Shown: piece after piece, positions 13,051 to 26,000 of the stretch
Numbering within the stretch: the stretch's first letter is position 1
How the letters are laid out: every line of letters begins with the position of its first letter
Source: Vicugna vicugna
Taxonomy: Eukaryota
Assembly: GCA_013265495.1 (NCBI GenBank)
Contig: MU057744.1
Span: forward strand, 2,493,370 to 2,557,369
Length of the DNA: 64,000 nt
Direction: 5' to 3'
Notes under the pieces: generated by a model
Database searches by the model: none
The model's input: the letters and a program-made list of their open reading frames with translations, nothing else
What the model was told of the DNA's origin: nothing
Program-made: the position numbers and the translations under genes

Positions 13051-14550
13051 TCAAGGACCAATTTCTGTAATATTCATTTAAAAGAGCTAAAGCTACTAAA
13101 ATAAGCAGTATAAAAGGGAATGGTGTAAAATCAATACAAATTAAGACTTTCTTGACTTCATCAGGTTTACCATATAGCTTTATCTTCTAACTCTTCTTCC
13201 AATTTAGTTTAGTCTGGAGACAAAAAGAACTGCTGACTATGCTACACATGCCAACGAAAGGCTGAAATGAGCATTCAGAAGATCTACATAACCAAGGGGA
13301 CATTACTACCAACTGCTCAAATTGAAGGATTATTTTTAAATCATTGAATATTTTAAATTTGATTCTTTTTATAATTGAAAAGAAGTCCTTAATAGTCTTT
13401 CTAAATGCCAAGTTTAAATAAACATGACTAATTTGAGCAAAACTTGAAAAACATTTCTCTATGTCTATTTCTGTGAAAGAATCAGAGAACACTGCGTAGC
13501 AAAGAACACTCGTAAAATGGAGAAAGTGCTGGGAATTGTTAAAAATATGACACTATCCTCCTAGAAAATCAGCTCTTTGGTTGCATACAACTAGTATTTG
13601 AAGTAAAAAAAAGAGAAAGACTGAAGTTTGTCAACCATTCACTCTGTATCAATGTGACATCAAAGGAAATCAAAATGGAAACAGAAAATAAAATTAGAAG
13701 ACACTGTTCAAAAGTTCAAGAAATTACTGACACTACTGGAAGGACCCAAAGATCCTTACAAACAATGACATCCTGGCAGAAGATTCTGAAACACTTGCAA
13801 AGCTGCAAGCAAGCACGCATCACAGCAGAAACCAACTATGTGTGTATTTGCCAATGAAGCGCAAGACAGAGATTCCCACGGAGGCCCCTGCTAGTCCTCT
13901 TCTTCCTTCCATAAGCCTCTGTGAAGAGAACATTCCGCCCGTCTCCATATACGTAGAAGGTCAGACGCGGACTCGTCAAAGCGGGTTTCTTCCCACGAGA
14001 ATTTGTAGTTTCGTGAGACATGTAACGATCCAACCTGAAGCTGAGAGATGTGGGGGACGGAGTGCTGGCTCCAGCACAGGGATGAGGAAGGAGACGGGGC
14101 GTGGGGTCCGGGAAGCAGAGATTGCATCTGCTCAGCGGTGATGAAAGTAAACATCACACAACATTTTGAAGAGCCAAGGGATACTATATTTTTGTTGTAC
14201 AGATTAGGACACTGAAACCACCAATGCACCTAACGTTACACACACAAAGGTGAGCTCAGAGATTCCAGCCCTGTGTGCTTCTAATGTCCCAGTATCTCTG
14301 ACTTTCACTCTCAGCCTGGAGTAAAAGAGATTATATTTGATGGAACAGAGCCAAAAGAAGGCCTTAAGGAAGTGTCTGACATGAGGACAGTGCAGGAGAA
14401 ACAAGGATGATCAGCAAGAACGCATAAGGACCTGAAGTATGTGCCAGATTTATTCAAGTACAGCTCTTATGATGAAAGTGTCTTTTCTTAATTGATTTGC
14501 TCAATTTGCTACAGCAAAGTCAACAGACTTTACCTGCTTTAATTTTAAGG
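12984..14550 (+). pseudogene. Large (~1.5 kb) decayed exon, probably a disordered linker
   Basis: Strong acceptor (tattctttttttt atattgtcag). Long near-open frames, e.g. WKDPKILTNNDILAEDSETLAKLQAS...PASPLLPSISLCEENIPP and PGVKEIIFDGTEPKEGLKEVSDMRTVQEKQG*SARTHKDLKYVPDLFKYSSYDES. The 3' end is uncertain. Confidence 0.55.
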
Positions 14551-14557
14551 CACTGAT

Positions 14558-15232
14558 GTGGTTTTTCACTGTGTCAATTTTGCTAAGCTGAAGCTACGTT
14601 TTCCAGATTCCTTTCGACCTGTGGTTCTGGGCCTGTGTTGCCCACAAGAGAAATCAGCAGGAGGAGTGGAAGGCAGGAGTGAAGCCATGGGTCTTACACT
14701 TTGCCAGGGAAGCCCCACAGGCTGTCCCTGCTGGGCTGGCTCCCCTCGGAGACACGGGACAGCCACGCCCTCATTCCTCTACTTCCCTTTAGATAGCCTT
14801 ATGACGCTTTCCAGAGCCTTGGGCCAGGTGCACGCAGCCTTACCAGGAAGGCCGCACTTCTTCCGCAGGTCACCTATGTGGTTGGGTTTAGATGCTGTGA
14901 GAGACAAGGGTCCCAATTACTGCCTGTGGGCTCCTGATGGTCCTGAAGATCATGGTTTACATTTGCAGGTCTCAGTTTGTTCCTGATTTCCTCCTGTGTG
15001 CTGCCTGGAAATAGCCTGCCTTGAGGAATTTAATTCAGGGCTACCCATCAGCAAAAGCAGAGAGCACAGCCGGTCCCCAGCTACCTCTGTCATCCCTGGT
15101 TGATGAATGCTCTCTGATCCACCAGCCACTCCATTCAGGGCTTGATTTCCTCTACTTCCACCATGACTGTGTAAGGTCTCAAGGCTGTGTAAATTGTTTA
15201 TTCCATGTCACTTACCAGACCCTAACAGATAC
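14558..15232 (+). mobile_element. ERVL solo LTR, LTR33-like
   Basis: Starts tgtggtttttcactgtgtcaattttgctaagctgaagctac and ends ccagaccctaacagataca. Confidence 0.7.
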
Positions 15233-15595
15233 AGGCAGGAGATGAGGAGGGTCCATTTTTCCAATTTAACCAAGAGTTTGATTCCTACTTTTCTATTAGT
15301 CAAACATACTGCCAAAATGAACTTAGACTTCATTTAAGGGCGATTTTGGAATGCTTTTATCCATAATAGTAAAATTCATATTGCAGGGGAGGTAGTCAAA
15401 ATAATACAAGTTGTATTTCTCTCCTTGGCCCAGAGACCACAGGATGCATATAACATATTCTCTTCTGATGAGGGCAGACCCTACGCAGTACAAATTTGGC
15501 CATGGTCTGTCCTCTGTTCCATGGTTTTCTGCTCTTTAGTGTCTCATTCCTTTTGTTGTCCTAACGTTCACACAATCTGAAATGCAATTTGACAG

Positions 15596-16426
15596 AAAGA
15601 TGTTGGACATTCCAGGATAATCGCTATTCAGAAAGTGGAGGTGACACTTGCACCTTAAACCTGGGGTGGCCCCACAGAGAGTGACAAGAGCAGCAGCAGC
15701 AAAAAGGACACGACCCGAACCAAGCCCACATCGGCAGCACGTCATGGGTGCGTGTGTGCGTGTCTAACCTTCTCCAGCACAGAACATGCAGAAGCCGATG
15801 TTATTGAGTCTCAGTTTAAACATGGAAGCTGAAGCCCCAAGAAACTTTAAAATTGTTTCTAAGTCACGTAGCTCGTAAGTGGCAGAGAAAACATCTGAGC
15901 CCAGATCTGCCTACCGCCTTTATTCTTTATACCAAATTTCTCTGCTTCTCTTCACAATTCACGTATCTTTCTCTTTCTTTCAAAACTCAGCTTTTTTTGT
16001 TTTAAGGAAAGATAACATCTTATTTTTACACCCCTGTGTACAGCTCATTTACTTAAACCTGTGCGAATCCTATCAAAGGGCATGCAGGGTTTAAGGTCAG
16101 ATGTGGTGGTGCTTGTCGCTGATGCCAAGGGCAAGACACAAACTGCTTTTATGGCCAACTTAAAATGCTTTTTCCCCAAATTATCAAGTCTGTCAGGGAT
16201 GTTTTGGCCAACATAAAAACGAAAACCAATAACAACACAACAGAAAAGCAGAGGGACAAGTTGGGTCATCTCGGTCTTGAACTTAGAGCGGGATCTTGGT
16301 AGAATTAAAACTTCGAGAAGTGCTTTCTCTACATAGCCAATTTGGAAATATGACAAGAACCAACTCTCTCATGACATTACAGCACTTCACTTGTCAAACA
16401 TTTAAAGAGCAAGAAAAAAGAGACAT
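15596..16426 (+). pseudogene. Exon remnants 15596-15747, 16044-16298 and 16337-16426; 16044-16298 encodes an internal copy of the pre-RING helical module
   Basis: FYGQLKMLFPQIIKSVRDVLANIKRK-(fs)-RDKLGHLGLEL versus DZIP3 'ITDRLKTAFPQQTRKELTDFLRKLK...GKSLSELTFDEI' (recalled); AG/GT boundaries. Confidence 0.5.
15800..15915 (-). mobile_element. MIR fragment
   Basis: Degenerate core: catggaagctgaagccc..tctaagtcacgtagctcgtaagtggcagag..tgagcccagatctgcct. Confidence 0.6.
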
Positions 16427-16608
16427 GTGTGTTGGCTTCAGTCCCAGTTTAAAACTGGTTTGCCCACTGATTGCGAGAAGTGCTTTTATACACTGTGTGC
16501 TCACCCTCACCTGTCGACATTCACAAGGCTCTGTTTCATGGAGCGGTTGTCGGGGGTCACCTTGGGAGAAGACAATGTCTCTTTTCTATTCCATTTTTGC
16601 ACTTCCAG

Positions 16609-19600
16609 AGTATGAGACAGAGATTAAGCAACAGAAAGTACAACCTTTCTTTGTTAATATGTTTATGGATCTATTTTCCTGAAATGATTTTGTCCTGCAA
16701 AATCCTGATTTTCATGTCTCAGATTTAGAAGTATAGAGTATGACAGAGAGAGTATGTAAAAGAAAAAGCTGAAATCCACGATTAATGCAATCAGCAAAGA
16801 CACAAAGAACGAGCATGAGTGATAAATACCTTACAATTTAATAACACATAGCTATTAAGAAAACTGTCGCATCTATTTCTCTTGGGGGATTTATATTCTC
16901 GATGAGACAATTCAATATTTCTACCCCAAAATAACCACAGTTCTTGATTTAAAACAATAAAAACAGAACACAGGAAGTAACAGCTTGTTCTGCGTCGTAA
17001 CCTGATTGTTTAGCCCACCCTTTACTTCTCCCTTGGAAGTAGCTCCAGTATTTTCTTTGAGTGTGTGTATGTGTGTATTTTGTGTTTCACCTACAGAGCT
17101 GAGTCGCTAGGATTTTGGAGCTGAAGTCTGAGAGATGGCTGTGAACAGAGTTGATGCTACCATGCTTCACACATATTCATACTAGCTCTGACGAACTAAC
17201 TTGCAACCTGGGGGGGTCTGAAAGGCTGGATTAATACTTACTTTAAGAGAGGTTGCAGGTATTGAAAATGCAAATACTTTTTCCAGTTGTCTGGAAAGCT
17301 TTTCTGAGTTCCTTCATCAGATCTCAGCTCAAAAACAAGGAGCCCCCTAAATTCCTTAGCCTGGGTTAACATGCTTTGTTAGGTGCTCCTTTCTTCCCAC
17401 TGTTTCTCCCAGTTCTAGGATGTTTCCCTGTGCAGGAAACAACGTTACTGCATTTTGCACCGTGGCCTCTCCAGTGAGCAGAGACCAGCGCTGTGCTTAG
17501 AAAATATTAGGTGCTCATAATGTAAGTTGAAACAATATTCAAATGAAAAAATAATCCACAGCTAATGGTACAATCTGGCCTAGAATCTAAATTTGCTCAT
17601 CATGAAAAACAAAGGCAACAATGAAATGCTTACAGAAGATACCAGAGAGGATGGCTCTGTTCCACGATGTCAGACAGCGTACTCCCTGACATAAACGGCA
17701 AGAAGAAAACCTACTCTGGAGAGAGACCAAGTCAACTTGAGCACTAATTTGGCTACTTCTGTATTTCTGAAGGGCATAACGGCTCAGACTCACCTTCCTA
17801 AAAGATACAGAAGAGGGGAAAGATGGGAAAGAGAAAGAGAAGAAGGAGGGAAGACACAAGAGGACACACAGGGAGGGAGGGAGGGAGGGAGAAGGCAGCC
17901 GGGGTGGCCCGCTACTCAGGAGGGAAATGTCTATCTTGGTGACCTGCTGGGCCTGCCTGATTTCAACAAGGGTTGCTTAGTGGAGTGATCCTTCAGCCAC
18001 CAGAGCAGGAAAAAATAATAACCGTGTAGGAGAATAACAATAGTATATTTCTCATGGCATTGCTATGAAGTTTAAAGTACTTACTAAAGTTCAAGTTCCT
18101 AGCATAGTTACTGGAACATGTTAGACTCACAATAAAACAGTTCACTGAAAGTACAGCTCACGTTTAGCTAATTGAAGACTCTGGAGATCTTTTCACAATG
18201 AATGTCAGATATCATTATCATTCTTGATGTTTCCATTTTTTTCATTATTCCAGTGTAGTTAGAGTGTTTGCCTTTGAAAGGCTGGGACTGTGCCCTTGAT
18301 GCGTTGTTCCAGAGTCATAGAATCACTGAGTAATAATGTGCAACACTTACAGTAAAAACTATGAAAATTTGTCTAAACAAGCTGGCCAGGTATAATTTAT
18401 TGAGAAAAAAACACAAAAACAAAGCAAAATGCAAATTAAAAAACATATACATAGGTATATTATTTTATATGTAACTTGATTGTGGAAAATTCAGACAATA
18501 TTGACATGAAGAAAAAAATGAACTTTTTTCTTCACATAAAATTAGAGTCATTTTATGTGTTTTATCTTCTAGAATGCAGATGATACAAATAAGCTGATGA
18601 CACACTTTCTGAATTAAAATATGATATACAATATTGAGCCTAAAATACGGATTTCCCCTTTTCTTACAGCTTTGAGAGCCAATGAACTAGAAATTATGCA
18701 AATATATTAAAAATAAGAGCTTTTTGTATTGTGTGCAGATTTTGGTATCCATTTAATACCCACGGATAATATTTGGTTGACATTAAATACAGGTAGTTAG
18801 AAATTACTATTATAATTTCTGTTAGAGAATCTACTATTAATTTGAAGATCTTTACCATATTAAATTCAGACAGGCTCTAGTTAAAGGTAAGGAAGCAAAC
18901 ATAAAGTTTTAAGTCTCTACATACCCATTGGTAAGGCAAAATTTAAGGTTTTAAACTTAGAGTTTTTAAGGTAGGTAAACTATTTAGAAAAGAAATAATT
19001 AAAACAGGTGGATAATTCATAAATTGTGAATTAAATCAACTCAACAAGAAATTCAATGGACAGATATAATTTTGTCTTCAAAATTAAATTATTCCCAAAG
19101 AATATTATTTTTACAAAATTACTTCCATCTTCAGAAAGGATTTCTACTAAAGTTAGGCAGACAAAACATGAAGACCTAGTAGGCCGTGGTCTAGGAGTTT
19201 AAACTTGATGGTTGCCTCTTGTCAAATGTTTCCTAACTGCCATTCACAGTAGCTAAATGAGGACTTGGAGTTTTTCTTTTAAGGCCATTGCCTTGCACAC
19301 TGAATGGCTACACTAACAAAATGGTGCCGAGGTCTCGGTGCAATGACAGTGCAGCTCAGAAACGTGGAATTGCTGGTGACACCTTCCTTTAGAAGTAAAT
19401 GTAGAATCATCCCTTGAGACCCAAACCAGGAATGTAAGCAGGCATCTATAAAGAAATAGGAGCAGAAAGCTGAAATGTGCTTAACCCAACTTATTTTTCT
19501 CACCCTTCGCAGCAACGTGAATCCAAAGGGTTCATTAAAAAAGAAAAATCTCAGCAAGCATTCTGATAATGGTTCATGCTGCAACTCTTTCACTTTACTA

Positions 19601-19868
19601 GTCGGAAATTGAAGAGATTGCCCCACATAGTCAAAAAATTGAGTTCCTTTTGTGGCTGTACTCTGATTTCATTATTACATTTTTCTTCTCTAGTTGAAAA
19701 AAATCCTAGATCCTATCTTGCCAATTTTCAAGCAACAACGTTTTATATTTAAAATGTTATTCCTACATTGTCGTAAAAACTATCCCAAATATCAGGCCAT
19801 CTGCACAAAAATTTTTGACGAAATATATGACTATCTAACCATAAGGAACTTGATAGAAATTCTGTTAA
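16609..19868 (+). pseudogene. Helical repeat unit 2: exons 16609-16976, 18573-18886 and 19513-19868
   Basis: Phases chain 1-0, 0-1, 1-1. SDKYLTI**HIA..GFIFSMRQFNI; KLMTHFLN*N..KIRISPFLTAL..FEDLYHIKF; SQKIEFLLWLYSDF..LKKILDPILPIF, versus TTC3 'DDRILQCIKQYA..LLKELLSWKVL; VIRHLIQENNRVKTRIFLHVL..WNEKYGHKL; KEARCLIWLLEEHRDKFPALHSALDEFFDI'. Confidence 0.7.
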
Positions 19869-20044
19869 GTATTAGTATTCTAAGTTTTATTAGACATCAA
19901 ATGACAGATATATTTTTATATAGTTGAAAGTCAAATGTTAAGACATAATGCACAATATAAAACTTGACTAGCTCTATGTTCTATGTATTGTTTCACTACA
20001 GTTGTAAAGCTTCACGTTTATTAAACACTTTTAATGAATGACAG

Positions 20045-23000
20045 GTAACAGCTGTTGCAGCTACTCGACAAGACTCTTAATTGATAACTGTTTTCTTTTA
20101 CACGTAATGTGGATAGAATTGCAACCGACAATATCACACATATATTACAACTGTCCTGAACACATAATACATTGTTTTTCACCAAGGAGACATGGTATTT
20201 TAAATCCTGCAGCTAGAAAGACTCAAGACATGATCACCAAAATTCTCTTTATCTGTCTGAACACCTTTATCACTGACAACCCAGCTGGTGAAAGACATCT
20301 AAACCCTCTAATATGAGACTGTTGTTTGGTTTGTTCATGGATGAGCTGGAACAAGGAAGCTGCCACTAAATTTATTAGTGTCTGAGCAGAGAACAACCAA
20401 GAGTTCAGGGAAATGTGAAAACATGTAATGAGACAGGAAGGGGGCAGGCACAGCCACTCAAGGAATGCTACAGCAATTTACATCAAAATGGTGGAAGATT
20501 CAGCTCCCTGAAGGCCTTGAGGTCAAGACGGTGGGAGATCTGACTTCTAGTAAACCTTGATAACGCCCACTGTAGTCTATTAACATGGTAAATAACATGC
20601 CCACAGGCACCATGGCAGTCCCAAAGCTAGCCACAAAAGGTCAAAGGGTGGGAAATGGCCAACTTGCTGGGAATGCCAGCCCCTTCCCCAGGGTAGTCAG
20701 ACTGGTCCTTCCACTTATTAGCATATGAAGCCACTGAGCCCATAAAAACTGGCAAAACTGCACCCTGAGGCCGCCCTCTCTCTCCCCCTCTTCAGAGACA
20801 GCCTGCACTCTGTCTGTGGAATGTGTACCTACTTTTAATCTGAGCACCCAACCCCCATACCTCGTGGCCTTTCTCTTGCCTTTCAATGTATCTCTCTGAA
20901 TAAATCTACCTTTACTCAACTGTGGCTCACTCTTGAATTCTTTCCTGCGTGAAGCAAAGGACCCACACTTGGTGGGGCATGTCCCGGGGCTCAACCGAAG
21001 GCTGGGACACAGCCCTCCTAGTGCCCCACATCCACTTTTCCTGCATCGGTGAGAAGTTAGAAAAGGGAGAATAAATGAACAGAGAAAGTCACACCTTCTC
21101 TGGAAGGTGATCACTGGGGTTCACGTCACACTTGAAGGCCAATAAACTACAGGGGACATCAACTCCAGTAGAATAAAGCTCAGGTCAGAGGAGCATGCAG
21201 ACAGAAAAGGAGAAATGTCACCACGCCTGGATTCACTTACAGCCATAAAAGGGACTGAGAGTAATCTCAAAATGAAAAGATAAAATGAGGAAAGTGTTAT
21301 GAAGTTCATTAGCATAAGGCATCATTCAATACTCAATTAACAGTGGGGAAGTACAATTTCTGTTTAAATATTTCTGCAATTTTTGGTTTCATTTTATATG
21401 TAATTACACAATTAATGAGTTCATTGTAGTAAACACAATCATGTAATCAAATTCATCAGGGATAACTTCTGTTTATATTCCATCCACTTTCCATATTGAT
21501 TACTCTACCTAAATGTGAACCTGTATATACACAATTAGGTAATATTTTCTCATTTTACAAGTTACTAAGTACAGTATATAAAAGGAAAATAGTCATTACT
21601 CATGTGATGGACAACAGAAGTGTGGCTAGTTACAGCTAGTAAGAGAAAGTGGCAATCAAAAGTCAAATCACATTTGCTGCCAAAGTATTTTGACTTTAAT
21701 TATCAAATTGCTAAAATATAAACATTACAATTTCCTCAAAGTATATATCTGTATATGCATATATATACACACATGTAGTTGAAAGGATTTTATATATTCT
21801 CTCAGATATATTTCAGATACAGATAGTATCAGTATTTTCCATTTCTGCTAAAATCCCATTTAAGATTTAAATTTACCCTTTGATTACTTGTGAATTGGAA
21901 CATCTCCATGTAATTATGAATCATTTACTTTCTTATTTTTCATTTGTGGCTTTCTTTATTACTGTCTGTTAAAGCTTTTTATGTATTCAAGAAATACATC
22001 AATTTCCTTTCATTAGACAATGCTTTAGAATTTTCTTAATTTTACCACGTATTTGAATTTGTATGTGGCAAAAGAGTGACAATTTTGAAGCTTTTCACTT
22101 AGCGCAGTCTAATGTACACAAGTATTTTCAACGTTTTCTGCCTTTGAGTTCATGTTTCATTAGTTCTTCCCTACCTCACTTATAAGTCTCTCTACACGTT
22201 TACAATTTCTCTCTTTACATTTAGTAAGTATTTAGTCCATCCAGTATTTATTTGAGTAAATTATATGAGAGGAACTGGACTACTAAATTTAGTCTAGGTT
22301 CCCAGTTTCATAAAAGCAATAATGTAACATCATGCATTGATTTGATTTTATATACTGGCTTTCTCATTCTTATACTTGCTAAACTTTTTTTTGGTAGGAT
22401 ATTAACTGTTGTATATTAGAAGACCTTTCTATTGCTTCATATATGAAAGTGTGATTAAACCCTTGAATGTTATTCTTTTTCTTTAAACTTTATTAGTGTG
22501 CCTCTACTAATTTTAAGAAATGGATTCACCAAAAACTGAAACCATCGCATTTTTAGATTTACACAGAGAATAGCATTTCATCAGCTTTCATTCTACACTT
22601 TCCTTCTTTAAAATTTTCTCATTTTTTAAGCAAATATCCTTTATATAGGATATTGGTTGATCTTTTAATAATAAACTCTTTCATGAAAGTCTTCATTTGT
22701 TTCTGAGAGAGAGTCTCCCTGGGTAAGTGGAGGACAGCTTCCTCTCACAATGCAGTTACCCTCCCATCACTGTTGTTATTACTAAGAAATAAATTACCAC
22801 ACACATTGCCTTTCCTTTGTAGGCAGTTTAGCCCCTTTTTTTGGCGACTTTCAGCATCTTCTCTTTCATGTGGCTATCTTCTGAGTTTCACTATTACGTC
22901 TCTTGGTGTAGATCTGTGCATGTTATTCCTGTTTGGAAATCATTGGGCTTCCGATAAGGACCTGGACCTTTCATTAACACTGGGACAGAATCAGCTGCTC

Positions 23001-26000
23001 TGTATTTTCAAACTTCCACCTCTTCCATTCTCTCTGTCCTCTCATGGCTTCTGAGTATCTCTTACACATGCATGCAAATTTTGGATTTTCTATCAGGGTA
23101 TCTCTTGCTCTCTTCCAGATTTACTCTCCTTCTCACTTCCCAGCTCTTGTCTCTGCCTCTTATTTTGCGATTTTTTTCTCTCCAAGTTTGTCATCCAGTT
23201 CACTCTCTCTTCCTTATGCTCTGCTTACTCCATCCCACTGATTGATTTTTAAAAATCAGTTCTTACATTTTTAATTTCTTAAAGTTTTATTTGATTTTCA
23301 TCAAATATGCCTGGCCACATTGATAGATATTTATTTTTTGATTTTATTTTGTTAATGGAGTTTATTTTATCAACAAAAGTCACTTACATTCATTACATAA
23401 ACATTTTCTTATCTGAGATTGTATATTTCGTTAGTTTTGTTAATGATCATTTTCCCCTTATCTATTTAATGATTTCTGATTGTGAGTTTATGTTTTATAC
23501 CATTTTATTTGGAAAATGTTTGAGGTTTGTAATTAAAATGCATCCCCGAAGAAGATGTTAGTTTTCTTTTGCTAATTTCCTAAAAGCATTTAAACACAAG
23601 AACAATTAAAATATACATTTTAGTTTGGACTTTTTCTGGCCACATAGGTTATATAAATTGCCCTAAATCTAAGTAAGAGGAGACTTCTGTTTCGAAGTTT
23701 TCAAGTGAAACTTTCTTCCTCTCTATTCAAGGCCAAGATAATTATAGATGACACCTTTGCCCTTTGTAATAGTTTTTTTTTTATCTTGCCAGCCCTCTGT
23801 GAATGTGGACTTTCAGTACTTCCAACATCATTAAACAGATCTGCCAATTGCCCGCCAGTTCTCTAATTAATTGTCCCCTGACATCTAGATTCTGTGTCAA
23901 CCGGAATGAGCAAATGTGCTACAGGCAAACAATAACCCCAAGATTCTCTTTGCCCTGATGGATACAAAGTTTGTCACTTCTGAAGAATCTTTCTTTTGTA
24001 CCAGCCTGGTCCTGTATTTAGAAAGGTAAAATTTTATTTCACCACTAGCATATCTAGGCGTGTGTCCCTAAAAGAGGTTTCTGTTATCATTTAGTACACA
24101 GTATCTTAAAATAATTTAGAACTTTGTATCAAAAATCTCTCATATATTTTTCTTTTTATGTTTTTCCTAAGTATTTACTTCACATTTTCCCAGGATTTAT
24201 CAAGATGAGTCTCTTTAATTAAACTGGCATTCAACAAGAACTGGTAAGGATAAAGTATAGGCACAAATTGAAAAAAAAAATCCAAGTAACAGTGGTATTA
24301 ACAGACTTAAAAAAAGACAGAAGTTTCTCTCTCTCACATAAGGACAGGTCATGCTAGGACAGGTGTGGTGGCCTTAGTGTCAGCAGGGACCTAACACTCC
24401 CACACCAGGTTTCTACTTCATAGTCTAACATCGCTGCGCTAACTCCAACTACCACACTGGCATTCAACCCAACAAAAAGACAACACTGGGACACTGTCTT
24501 TGTTAAGACTTGTCGGAAGGTACACACACCTCCTGCACTTACCTGACAGTGACCATAACCACTGCTACACTGCAACACTTAGCTTCAAGGTATGTTTGAA
24601 AATGCCAGCTTTATACTAGGTAATCAGGTGCCCAACTTACATTCAAAGATCCTATTAGTGAAGAAGAATAAACAGGAACTGGGGAGGACCCATCAGTCTC
24701 TGCCACAATATATCCATGAACACGCATCCTTGCTCATGGAACGTACCTGTTTTCACCCCCAAACAGGCAGTTGCGAAGCTGCATCCAATTCCTGCACCTA
24801 AACTTCAAGTTCAGGATGCCTAGCGATGTTCATTCTTTCCATCGATCTGAGCTATGACTTCTGGTGGACTGGTCACTTACAAATGGTGGAAAATCGTAAG
24901 AGGAATCATAATAAAATTTCCTAAATAATAAACAATTAGCAGACTGGTGGTGGAGTTAAGTTCTCAAGTTTGTCTAGCTGGCAGTCCCAGATTCTACTTT
25001 CTGGGAAAAAATCTTTTGTTGTCTGTAGTCACAGTCTCTTTGGGAAGTGTTCCCAGTCCATTGCCTTCCATGGTCCCACCCCAGGACGTCCTTAGAGTGT
25101 CCAGAGTTACATGTGGCACAGACTTGGGAGGCTGACTTTAAAGGATTAATTTTCACAAATCTCTGTAATTCTTTGCTAACTTCAATGTCCTTTTAGAAGC
25201 CCTGTGATGCTTCTGCTTGGTTCCACGTACAATAAACCACAGCCAAGTATTTTTGCCTAGGCAGTTTTTAAGCTTAGATCTTATACATACTGGTTCCTAA
25301 ACTCTTCTCATCCCATTTTGTATTTTCAAAGAAGCTACATCATTTATTGCCAAGAAAAGAGTCTTGGGTAGAAACACAACATACTAACTTGGTCTTGGGA
25401 AGAAAAGAAGAGCCAGGAACATTCTCTGCAGCCTCTTCCCTTCAGGTTTCTAGTGCTGTACAATCACTTCCATTTCGTTACATTGGAGAGAACATACTGA
25501 CTACTCCCACTGTGAACAGAGCCTGTCCAATGTGGCTTTATTTTTGGCAGCCAAATGCCCGAAGAAAGGCTGGGGGAGGGGTAGTGATTACACTATCAAA
25601 GAGGAGGAAAAATATTCAAAGGGCAGTGTCTACCACCAGGTGACTTTTTTTTTTTTTTTTTTCCCAAATTAAACCCAAGGTGGGGGGGCCAATGCCTGTG
25701 TTTACAAACCCTAGGTGGTGGAGCCAATGCCTGAGTTCACAGCCTGTATCTACTGCTTCCAGTGACCTCTGGCAGGTTTGTTTCAAATGAGGTTGATGCT
25801 GTTGCCTACAACTCAGGGTTGTTGTATGAATAACATAACATAAGATAATGTGAGCAGAGTGTCTGGCATGAAGTACAGAGCTCTATAAATATCAGGTATA
25901 ATTATACTAGATCAAGCTGCTTATAATAGTGATGACAATGAGCATGTGGTTTGCCCCATACCCTCTAGATTTACCCTAAGAGTTACAGCAGGATGAAGCT

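Noticed and set aside
19279..19626. Minus-strand 115-aa ORF and other minus-strand exon candidates (~6287-6358, ~7358-7416, ~26576-26650, ~59684-59754)
   Set aside because: They do not assemble into a recognisable protein. The 19.3-19.6 kb and 59.7 kb candidates overlap + strand exons that have much better family support.
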